DNA from: Catajapyx aquilonaris
Lineage: Eukaryota
DNA length: 45,597 nucleotides
Direction: 5' to 3'
NCBI GenBank assembly: GCA_000934665.2
Contig: JYFJ02000809.1
Coordinates: 62,001 to 107,597 of the forward strand
Part shown: one piece after another, positions 14,801-26,466 of the stretch
How positions within the stretch are numbered: the first letter of the stretch is position 1
Layout: each line of letters begins with the position of its first letter
Program-made: the position numbers and the translations under genes
Notes under the pieces: model-generated
Told to the model about the DNA's origin: nothing
What the model saw: only the letters and a program-made list of their open reading frames with translations
Database searches by the model: none

Positions 14801-17800
14801 AATCATGTTGATGCACTGGTCGTATCCACTACACTACTACAGGATATTTTATATCAACCCTGACAATTCCAACAAATAATAACGCGGGGTTATCTCCTTA
14901 ATGAAAATGCAAATTCGAACGTTCAAATTTGCGCAAAAGTCCGCAAAAAATTGGGGCGATTATTTTGGACGCAGCTCTTTTTGATACCGTCTGATCCCAC
15001 AGGCCCTCGTGTACACAGAGCCTGGTGGCCTGAGTCATCAGCCCGGCTCTCTGGGGATGAATGGTCAACACCTCTGAGGGAAAGGGAAATAGGGAATTGT
15101 TGGGTGCTGTGAATAATGCCACATTACGGCTATGTCTTGGGGGCTGTTGACCTGTAGTACTGTACTGTGCAAAACCCATCAGGGCACATGCACGGTGTCA
15201 CTTCTTGCCCCCAACTGTGTACTTGCTGTAGTGTGCGTAAATGCTAGATTAATTGCTGGACCTTAAATATCCCGAAAATTATTAATCCTGATGTTGAGTG
15301 AGCAAGCTAACTGAATTGACCTCAGAACTGAAATGCTGTGGAGTTCTGGCGGGAGAACGACCTGGAGTTGTGACTCACCTTGTAGGAGGTTATGTGGATT
15401 ATTAGAGTCAAAATAATTCTGTTCAATAAAACTGACATGTATAATGAAACCAAATGATTGCACATTTTTGGTTGCACTGTGCGATACGAGTATCTCTTCA
15501 AATGAGCATGCCCAAATGACAGCCCTCAGGATGTGTCAACAAACCCTTTCTATTCAGGAGCTGAACATCACATACTAGGGGGTATAGGTTTTTCCACAGG
15601 GTCTACAATCCTAGATAATGGAACATAATATTATTCGATCCAAATGCTGTGCAAAGCCAGCCAGCAATAGATAATTATCTGAATTCATATATCGGTACTG
15701 AAGTTATAGCCTACAATACAGTAAATTCAATCCATAAAATGGAAATGCCAGTGCCGGCTGACAGAGAACATATTAATATTAGTTTATTCAGAAGGAATTT
15801 ATTGACTTTCGTGACAGGTCTCGAGAATTGGCAACCTGTAGGCTAACAAATAAGCGACTGAATCGGCTCGCGCCTGTTACACTGAACTGCTGCTTAACCC
15901 TCTCATTGTTCGAAACACTACAACTATAATATCCAGCCAGCGATGCCTCACTGCTGGGAATATCCGTACAGCACAAACCAAAGAATGCAAATTAAAATTT
16001 GGTACCACTTACATTCAAGTCCACATAAATAATGACAATTAAATTTTTTCGTATTGACCTAAACTTCGGGAATGTCCTTATACAAATAAATACAGCTAAT
16101 TAAATTCTACTGTACCAATCAGTACCAATCCAACCTTGCCTAACCAAACCTCCTGGAAAGACTGAGTACACTAATAATGGTAATTAGTTAATTACATATC
16201 TGGTACTGCACCAACCCAGCCTGTTCCACGTAAAAGCCCTTAAATTATCCCCATCCACATGATCCTCATCAAATATCGCATACAAGTTATAGTTTCGAAT
16301 TTATGTAAGATCAATGACCAATGATGGGACTTTCCGAGTTAAACATGGGTAAAGCTGAATATTTACCAAAATTTTAACGATAAATTAACACGCAGGTTGC
16401 TGACAGTAGAAAAGTTCGCGAGTACTACGTATTGATAAAATTAAAATCTGAAGTAGTTTCCGGCTAAAGCAATAAATGCTCCTCCATGGCGCCACGAAAG
16501 TAGTAATTACAAGCGATAAAACGCCTCCGGAATTACCCGGAATCCTGCAGATACACGCGGATGCTCTTCCAGAGTAAGCCTTTCCGGATTTATTACCCGT
16601 GGCTGCGTCCTTCTGGAATCCGGGATGTAATCGTCAGATCTACTCCGATCTGCTCTTTTACTTCAGTCCACACGGAAAATGATATACTGCAGTTTCAAGT
16701 GCGCCCTTAAGGTACGTATAACTCAGCCATTATTCTGCTATCGTATAGTATCAAAGCAAACTCGTGATCCCCACTTCAAAGGAATCCGTTAATTTGTGGT
16801 GCATTTTAAAATGATCATTATCAAAGCGGTTACAGTATACGTAGTACGTGGCGCCTTTAAGTCCCCAATAATCGATTGTATAGCTTAACACGCGTGTTAA
16901 GAAAGTTGCAACGAAATGTTACCATCATATGAATCACTTAATTTTGCCTTCAATTATAATCTCCCTCAGTATTGAATGCATCATCCTCCACAAATGAGTT
17001 TCGCTAACGTAAACATGTTGACTCTGGAAGATGCACGTCATCCACATTAAATTACAAGTCGCCACTCATTTTATAATACTGTTAGAGATTACATTGTGTA
17101 TTATAGGTATCAATAACATTTCAGTTGAGGATGACGGTGTACTACAGTAAAAAATAATTTACACAGCAATGCAATATTTAAGTAGTTCGAGTAGTTCGTA
17201 CTTGTTGCCTATATACAATAATGCATAATGTGATTTTAGGAAACATTGCAGTAAATGCCCGTTTACTTTATATTCCTAATTAACCTAATATTGGTATTAT
17301 GTAAATCGTGTCCCTCCCCTTTACCGGTTACGGGACTAGAATTCATTCTACATTTTCCTCTAGTTTTGCCTACAAACTTGTGTAATTATCTGCACTGCAT
17401 GTGCAATAAAGCCCTTGGGATTTTCAGCGAAATTGTAACTACGATGTGGGCCTATCTTTTAAAATGCAATTTAAAAACTTCAAGTTAGCTCCTTAAATGT
17501 ATGCAACTCCTCTCAAATATATGGCTACATTAACATGAGTGCATGTGCTATGATTTACCCCTATTTCTACTCTTCAAAGCATGCAACACAGCATCTATAA
17601 AATATAATGCACGAATAATTAGGCCGTCGGCTCTCTATAAGCCTACATTTTCCTTGATATTTACACACTGCAGTTCAAAAATATGGACAGGTACAGTGGC
17701 AATATTATTCAGCTCCAAATGCTCGAAAAGCGTAGAACTGAAAGTAACAACTATAGGGCTCTTTTCTTCCGATTGTCTTGCAGAGAGAAACAATAAAGCC

Positions 17801-20800
17801 TCTCATAGGCCATGCATATCACAAAAACTTGGCAACTTATCAGTGCCAGAGAAGTTTAGTATTTTATTCAAGCGTAGACAGCTGTAGGCTACACACTCCT
17901 ACATTTGAATTTCAGTTAAGTTCGGAGAACAGTAGTTTAGACTAGTTTGTTCCAGGGCTTTTATCATCACAAAAAGCTTCCTCGGATTGGTGGTTTACAA
18001 GTCGGATCAGACAGAGTATTTAAACACTTACGAGATCTCGTTCCTAACTTCCTCTATGTTAATTAGACAGCATCCCGACTGAAACAATCACGACTGTTAC
18101 ATGCGGATAATGCCCCAAAGTTAATGTGAGGTTTGGTATTTTGCAATCCCCATTAGCACAAGAGAAGGCTGATTGATGAAAGCACGAAGGTTGCATGCTT
18201 TCAACTTTACAAGCAGGTCTACACTCCCAGGGAGCCGAAATCCGTGCCTAAGCAAGAGTTGAAAGGACGTGTGCAGAATTCGCCTTTTGGCTCTCCTGAT
18301 TATCCTGAGGTGAACTGCATAAAACTACGGCAGATGATAAATGCAAGGTCTAACGCCGCCTAATGTGCATCCGGAACTAAGATCGATAAGCAACTCCTTC
18401 AAGAGATCTATATCGGGTGATTTCTCAAACTTGTAATTACTAGCCAACTGACATCATATTCCTAATGTAAGTAGACACTAATTAATGCAACTGGTCAGCC
18501 CCCTGAACTCTGAATCACGTGACGTTAGTCTATAAAATAAAATGGTCCATAATGGCTTGATCATAAAAACATGTAACACCAACTATTTGCACGACATTTC
18601 AATGAATATTTAAAAAAATATGTTATAATAATTATGTGGACGTCAGAAATGTGTTTTTCTATCCAAGGATGTGATCCACGGCTCCTTTTTCCTGTGGACG
18701 AGGGTCACGTCACGTAAGCCCTCTCGCGCTGGCGTAAATGTAACAGACAAACCCTGAGCGGTATTTATCACCCCATACCTGTCACACAGGCCAACACAGG
18801 CTGACCTTACCCTTAGTGCGTCACTTTTGACGCACCCTAGGAATCTATCAAGGTCCTACATATTTACATTAGAGAACATGAGGTTAGCATCTTTACAGAG
18901 TACCCTGGTCATAGTGGTCTGAAATTACATCATTCTTGCCATGTAGCCTCATTGCGTTCATTCTCGCCTTTAGGCGACTGACTTAAGAGCAACTTCTATA
19001 ATGACGTGCATAAAAAGCATTAACGCAAAAGGCATAGTTTGGGAAAAAAAGTTCAATTCGAGGTCACGCAAAATCATTTGTTAGATAATGCAATGCGTTT
19101 CAATTCCGCTTTATTGTTCTTGTATAATAGCCATTAGCCTATATGCCAGAGAAAAAGCCGCCCCACACTAGATTTATTGCAGCAAAATCATGCAATCAGA
19201 GAAGGCTCAAAATAAACATATATATCACTAGATGGTTATTTATGCAACAGGCAGTGTGGGATATTCACTCTAACATACCCGAACGGTTTTGGAATGATGA
19301 TTGTGTTTTGTATTAGGCGTTTAATATCGTACCGGTCTTTTTTAAATTCCGTACAATATCAGTCGCAGAACAAATCATCGTCTAACTTAGTACGTATTGC
19401 GGATGAGATACACATCTTTTGATTAACTAGAAGGATTGGCCAATCGAGTAATCAGATGGATACTATGTCGTGCAATCATGCGTCATTACGAGTTAATCCC
19501 CAATGATTCATTCCGAAGAACGGATGATCACAATAATCGCAATCAGGTGCACACTTCCAAGAGAAGTGGCCAACGCAGAAAGTCAGACGGAGGAGGCTTG
19601 TTTTTATCCCACTTCCCTATTCGTCACTTGTAGCAATTAGCATTTTAGCAGCTGATAGGAAATTGTACTAAGCACGCAATACAAACGTCAGAATCTCGCA
19701 TTTGTTATGGGCGTTCCCTATCCACAAACTGCCTTGCATTGGCCTGATTATAAATGATAGGCTACTCATTAGGTCGATTAGGATAACAAATGCGCACTTC
19801 GGATTGACATAACCCGAGTAAATAATACGCTGTATTTCGATGCAAAATTCAAAAAGAAAACCTATAGGTTGACATTCCACATCACTCATAAAAAGATAGG
19901 AGGTTCCAGACTGAGGGCCATCGGGTTCTATATAGGGTTCCTTTCCCTGCTGGAACTGTACTAAAGAACAGTAGTGTACTGTATTATGTATACAATAACA
20001 GTATTTGTGAGGTGCAAAGACCAGTAATGAAGTACTGTATGTATCTATATAGACCATGCCACAATGTGCCAAGAAAACAAAAGGACCCTGTTTAGACTCT
20101 CAGGCGATGCAGTCATGTGTTAATGTCTCGATTTTTACCTTGTGTGTGTTTTTTTCAATTTCATTTTTTTCAATGTTATTCATTTTTAAGTAATTTAGAA
20201 CGGTCATAAAACGGGGCTACCTGTACAGTACATAATGACCTACAGTACCAGAATATTTGAAAAGTAGGTCGTGAAAAAATACAACTGTTCGCCATTTGAG
20301 TTTTCACCCTTGCCTTCAATTAATTAGATTTTTTTTGCGAAAGTCTAGTACCAAAGCGCAAGTAATTTTTTGTGTATCTACGGTAGAATATCTCGCTTTA
20401 TAAAAGGGGGAAAAATCTTCATTTTGATTATTGCCTCTGGCTCCATTCCCTAAATGAGTGTCTTCTCCCTCCATTTCTGCGACATCTATTTTTAATCCAT
20501 CATTTCAAGCAAATCAAGCGACATAGGTTACCACTTCGAAAAAAGATTTCGGGGGGTTCCTTGGAAAACTCAATATGACTATAGATCACGAAGTGATTAC
20601 TCATAACACGTTTCATTTCAGCCCTGCAATGACAGAAGTACTCTAATAGGGTGTCAAGGTCTGTTTCCAAGAGTATAAAAACGTGCAAATGCATTAAACA
20701 AGCATCACAAAATTAAGATACACAAGACTCCGATGTGTCATTTTCCGACCCATGGTCTGCTTCCACAGTTACAATTTTGCAGGAATAAAACTGATTGAGC

Positions 20801-23329
20801 AAATTGTATATATGGCAGTTTTCAAAGGTAGCATTTGTAGTTTTTGTGACTACAAATAAACACGCTTTGACGTAAGTCGTTCTATAAAATAATTCCGCAA
20901 TATCATTATGCAAACGTAGCCATCAATAAAAAATTCTACAATGTGAACTGTAGGTATAACTGGCAATCGGGGTTTTAAAAAATAAATGGGGAAGGAGATA
21001 TAAACCCGCACTGGAATGCAGCTCTTTCCCACATCAAAACCACAATTTGCTTATTTTAATGATATCTTCGTGTAGAAAGAAGCGTGAGATTTTCGAAACC
21101 AGAAGTACGGTACTTAAGTGTGAGGTTTGGTGTGATGATAATAGACCAGTAGAAAAAACGATCATAATAATGAAAAATTCCGCTACGACTTGAAGCACGC
21201 GTTTTGCAAGCTCTCAGCAATATAAACAATTCGGTATGTTTCAAATTACGTAATGTCAATCAAGCAGTTGCACCGCATTAAATTTAAAATATTACCAAAA
21301 ATCATTCAGTTTCCTAACGCGTCAATAATGCCTTTGATAAAGTTAGGCAATAAAATCCTTTCCGGGGGAAGAATCCGGACACTTGTGTAGTCTTCTTGGA
21401 GTTTTTGCTCTTCGTAATTTGATCCTTTCGAAGAAAAACCTAGAGTCTATTGAAAAACATTGATTTGACCTTACATTTGAAAAATTCCCCGAACGTTTAA
21501 AGAGCGCAGTTGACATAAGAATGACGTAAATTACAGTCCTGCAATATATTCAAACGTAGCGATTTTTTTATCACCCCATCTGTTTGTTCTTAACCTTGAT
21601 AAAATATTACTTGACGGAAGGCAACACCAATTATCGTAAAATATTTGTGGGAAAGGGTTTTAAACGTATGAGGGTCACCATTGCTGCCGTGCAATTTCAC
21701 AGCGATTACTATGACTGTGACTGAGAAGAGAAGATAGTCATTTCGTGAGCCATCAAAAGGAGCAATAAAATACGTATTGCGTAAGTATATTAATATTTAT
21801 TTAAGTGTGTTATCACATGTCCGTTACGTAACAATGGATTTTTCCGGCCAACTTATTACGTACAAAGGCGTATCTAACCATTTTGGTCCGGATTCATTAA
21901 CGCTTATTAACGTGTTTAAGTGGACCAAAATTGTGTCAAATATTTTGTACTTCAGTACAGGCAGGTTTAAAGAATTGTTTTAGGTTTTAACTGTGAGTGA
22001 GATCTGCTGGGAAACCGGCTTTATATAAATCGCGCATGTGTGTGGTAAGTTATTTTTGCAATGTGAAATGCAACTAATGCTTGTAAAGTATCGGTGTACT
22101 GTACAGTGCAATGCATGCGATCCACATTACAGCTACACAGTATACTTCCGGAAACCCCCAAACTTACAGGTTCAACCCACAGTGGTATAGGTTCGTTTAC
22201 CTATAGGTTTATTTTGCATGTTAATATTAATAAATTAGGTTCTGCATATTAGAAAACTCAGCAAGAACTGGATTTGGGGAAAAGATAAATCGTGTAAGAT
22301 ATATCATTTAGGCCTACTAAGGAAGCGGTTTTTTGCTCTGCAATCAAACGACTTTCTCTACAATTAATTGTCGACTTTTTTACAACCTCAAACAAGGCCT
22401 TCCATTACAGGCCACGTAACAGCATACAAACACATTCAGCATAAGCGCACACCCACTGAACCTGATGATGTAAAACTATGCTACATATTTTTGTGGCCTC
22501 TTTCCTATTATTGCATAAAATTATCCAGTCCCGCTAAGTATTTGGCTTATGTCTTTCATGGGCATGCGTGATCATTCACCTGAAGGGAATGACTTAACAC
22601 GTGATGCGTATAGCTGCCTTTCTTCCCCAACAGACGCTGAGAAATGAGGTAACCTTGTGCTGCCGGCCGGTTACAGTAGGAAAAAATGGGATCGGATAGT
22701 CCATGTTCCGCTCACTTTTGAGGCAAACCGGTACGAGAATCAAGTTGCTTATGTAACCATATATTGAAGCCTGATCTACACGAATGAACTTATTACACGT
22801 GATACATTGCAATAATTATTATAGCGAGCTTCCTCCTCCTCCTCCCAAGTTTTCAAGAGCATGATCGTCAATCGAGTATACTGATAATTAAAGGCAAGTG
22901 ATTTTGCCGAGTTTCTATAGGTAAAAAAGCTCCAACTGTTACCTCGATTGTCTATGCAAGAGATGCTTCTCCATCTCTCATAGAGCTAGACCCTCCCAAA
23001 ACAATTGAACAAATTAACGATCTCGATTGCCTTTGCTTGTACACAATGTTTAGAATAACCTATTAATAAAATAATGCAACCGAATAATTCGTGTCTAATT
23101 CCAATTCAAACTTCAAATTGAGTTTACTCAGAACGTCACTATTGCAGTTGCCTATTTTTTGCGTCCATGCACTCAATTATCAAGAGTAATATCAGAAAAC
23201 AGGTTTTCCCATAACCAATGACGGTAGCAAAAAGTACAAAAAATTATTTTGGGCAGACAGCAGGCACTTTTCTGAATTGATAAAAAGAGCTAGCAAGAGA
23301 AGAGTGGTCCACCAAGGCCGAACAGGTCC

Positions 23330-23340
23330 TGACGTCAGTC
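23330..23340 (+). promoter_or_regulatory. Candidate core promoter: CRE palindrome TGACGTCA overlapping an arthropod initiator-like TCAGTC
   Basis: TGACGTCAGTC lies about 70 nt upstream of the ATG at 23408; motif match only. Confidence 0.3.
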
Positions 23341-23407
23341 GGCAGACCTGTACAGGGCAGTATACGTCCCCGGCAGACAGGAGGCTCCTCCCAAACCAGA
23401 AGAAGAC

Positions 23408-24505
23408 ATGGAGCCGCTCACACTGCAGCAGGTGATCTCCTCGTACAAGGAACCGTTGGCCGAGGTGTCTGAACCCCCATTGTGGCTGGACAAGGACCGG
23501 TACCGGCGGGGTCGCGCCTTCGTCCGAAAGTACCAGGCAGGTCTGACCGTGGCCCACACCTTCTCTGCCTTCCACATCGCACTCTTCCCCACCGTCTTCA
23601 ATATTCTGGTGTACTTCGCCAAGTATGAGACCCTGTCCGGTGCCATGCAGCTGTTCATAGGTCTGCTGGCCAACCTGTTCACCTGGTACGAGGGTGACCT
23701 GTGGGACCCCACCACCCTGGCCAGCTCCAGCATGAAGAGGGTGCACCGCCTGCACTCCAGACTGGCCCTGGTGGCCAACAAGTTCAAGGACCGAGTGGAC
23801 ACCACAGAGATGAACACAACTCGAGAGCCGACAGTCCCTAGCCAGTGCATCTTCTCCGCCCCTCTTCTGGACATGGCCGGTACAGTGTCCTCCTTCACCA
23901 ACCACGCCATCGTGCCAAATGACAAGCCACACATGACGCAGCTGGACTTCATCTTGATGTCGCTGAGTCTGGTGTATCCGGTGTATGCGTGTCCAGAAAA
24001 AGTGGGGATACACGGGATGACTTCGAAAGAGCTAGGGGACTATACCCATATGATGCGGGTTATTGTGTATTACATGGGAATTGAGGACAGCTACAATCCG
24101 TTTCGGGCAAGTCCAGAGGAAGTTGGGGCAATTAGTAAGGAGTATGTGCAGTATTCGATTATTCCGCACATAAAGGCAGTCAACTACGACCAGGACTATT
24201 TCTTCAGGGTGGCGTTCACTAGTGGGAACACCATATCTCCCTTCTTCAGAGTGTTCAGTTTGGTGCCGCAGAGTTTCGCGATGATGTCGACGTGGATAGC
24301 GGATGTGCCGGAGGCCACTGATGTGCTGATCAAAAATTCTCCATGGTACGCCACGCTGTACTTTTGGTTAATACGCAACCTTCTTTATGTAGGTATGCGA
24401 GTCAAAGCGGTGACAGTTGTGATCAATTTCGTAGCTGATTACCTTGTAAGGCATGTATTGATGTTAAATGAGCAGGGTGTTAAACATCGCAGAGTGAAGA
24501 AGTAA
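23408..24505 (+). CDS. Intronless DUF2236 / ER-bound oxygenase mpaB / rubber-oxygenase (Lcp)-like domain protein, 365 aa
   Basis: Long ORF with strong codon bias in an AT-rich background. Family-like motifs: PxWLDxxRYxRG, WY..D.....A..S...V..LH, TQxD, PEKVGIH, H.MRVI.YYMGIEDSYNPF. Hydrophobic C-terminal region; AATAAA just after the stop. Confidence 0.85.
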   Translation: MEPLTLQQVISSYKEPLAEVSEPPLWLDKDRYRRGRAFVRKYQAGLTVAHTFSAFHIALFPTVFNILVYFAKYETLSGAMQLFIGLLANLFTWYEGDLWDPTTLASSSMKRVHRLHSRLALVANKFKDRVDTTEMNTTREPTVPSQCIFSAPLLDMAGTVSSFTNHAIVPNDKPHMTQLDFILMSLSLVYPVYACPEKVGIHGMTSKELGDYTHMMRVIVYYMGIEDSYNPFRASPEEVGAISKEYVQYSIIPHIKAVNYDQDYFFRVAFTSGNTISPFFRVFSLVPQSFAMMSTWIADVPEATDVLIKNSPWYATLYFWLIRNLLYVGMRVKAVTVVINFVADYLVRHVLMLNEQGVKHRRVKK

Positions 24506-24510
24506 TACTG

Positions 24511-24516
24511 AATAAA
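24511..24516 (+). terminator. Polyadenylation signal AATAAA of the DUF2236-like gene
   Basis: AATAAA 5 nt after the TAA stop, followed by GT-rich sequence. Confidence 0.5.
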
Positions 24517-26399
24517 TGGCATTTCTCAGGTTTGCTGCCGTAGTACGTATTTATGCATTAGTCGAGCTGGCAATCAAAGGAATTTTTACAATCAAATAGG
24601 CTAGTTGGAAATAAAATACTTCAAGTGATGTGTTTTTCCATATACGAGTGCATGCACATCAGTGTCTCGCTGAAATACGATGTTCGAAAATATACTTATT
24701 TTCGCAATGTCACTCACAATAATTAATGGTTATGCACAATAACTAAGTATATGTGTGACTTCAGAATGAAGAAGGGAGTGTAAAAATTACCCAAAAAGTA
24801 CGGTAAAATGCACATTGAATTGGTATTGGGCAGCATATGTCTGCTCTGCTGATGTCTGCAGTAACAAGGGCATCAGTGGCTATACAAAGCTACGTTAGAA
24901 AATTGTGCAATTAGTAGCAATGTAATAATTATGTCATCGGCTGTATTAGTGCATGAGTCGAATGAGGGATTAATGCGTTGTTCTCTATATAACTTACATG
25001 TGACGTTATACAACGGCACTGTCGAACCTGTGATAAAGGGAAAGATGTTATGAAAATAAGTGGATGATTTTTGTATTGCTAAGAAAACGATTGATCCTTT
25101 TGCAATAAAGTTTATTTTGTTTCAATGTGTTAAGCTGGGCATGGTGGTAGATTGGGTATTAAGAAAAACTGATAAGATGGAAAAGACTATAAGTATGACG
25201 GGTGATGGTCTTACGTGCAAAGGTGTTGTAAAAATAAAACCAATATTGTCGATAAGTTCTGAGTTCCTTTATGAAAAACCACAGTCGTCTTCATCATCCT
25301 GATTTTACAGCCACTGTCAACATATCAACAACTCAGACGGAACAAATCTACAAGTACAATATTATGTCGAGAGATTATAAATTAATATCTACCGAGAGAA
25401 AATCCATGTGTATGATATGAGCAGGCTCAATTTTTGCAAATAGTTGAGAATGATGTCAGTTTAATTAGTATTTCAATGGCCTTAACTAGGCTTCCGAACT
25501 CACAAGTCAGTGAAGCGAATTTAAGCCATTCAAAGGAAAGGGACGGGGGGAAGTTAATAAGCATTGGAAGAGGGAGGCTTGCATAGTGTCCTTCCCCTCA
25601 AGAAGTAGAATAACGACATGCACCTTCCCCATACCAGAAGTTTCAACATCTTCCTGGCCATAATTAGGCCAAGGATGTAGTTTAATTAGATGCTAAATGC
25701 CAGTTACGTCAATTATAATGATCAAAGAATGTAGTAATTCTCAAAACAATGCCCTTCCGGTAAGCAAATAGTGGCACTTGGAAAAAATTATGCAATAATT
25801 GCACATAACAAAGCATCTTTACAAATTCCGCATATTTGGAAAACAACAACAACAATTATTATTATTATATCTAAAATACCTTTGCTGACAGGGATAATAC
25901 CTTTAAACCTGAAGAATGCATATTGTATATCGGTAAATGGATAGCCAAAAATATAGCACAAAAATCAAGAACTTTTTTTTTTTTTCTTTTCCGGCGGAAA
26001 ATGCGGCTGTCCGTCATTTCAAATGTGTCAAAATCCCCACGCAAATAATTGCTTTCCTGCGCCGTTCTCTGTGTATATAGTGATGGAGAACTAGGCGAAA
26101 CGGAAGAGACGCCTCCTGCCCATACCACAGTAAATCTTCATTTTCCTGGATTTACTCTAGTGAGATACGTACAACCCAATGATTTACGAGAACCTTTTTG
26201 CAGTGTATAGCTTCTGTTTTAGGTCGTTCCAGTTGGACCAATCTGCCTCAGAAAATTCACGTTTTTCTCAATAAATGCAGCAGTCAGAACTCCAAGATAT
26301 CTTTTTGCACTGACGCATGCAGCGTAAAGTCAGTCACGTTATGTGGATAAAAGATATGTTTTCCTTGTGACTTAAGGTAATAGAACCTGCAACTACTAG

Positions 26400-26402
<3 letters not shown>

Positions 26403-26465
<63 letters not shown>
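26403..26465. repeat. (GA)n microsatellite, ~31 units
   Basis: Directly visible. Confidence 0.98.

Positions 26466-26466
<1 letters not shown>

Noticed and set aside
16884..16901. Perfect 18-bp palindrome CTTAACACGCGTGTTAAG
   Set aside because: A 9-bp-arm palindrome is not unexpected by chance in 45 kb, and there is no supporting context.
20100..21620. Sequence with the texture of a decayed non-autonomous DNA transposon
   Set aside because: No TIR pair, TSD or transposase remnant could be defined by eye; needs a repeat-library search.
23192..24013. Antisense ORFs of 273 aa and 205 aa overlapping the DUF2236-like gene
   Set aside because: Shadow ORFs expected from the high GC3 of the sense gene; they end where the codon bias ends and show no recognisable motifs.
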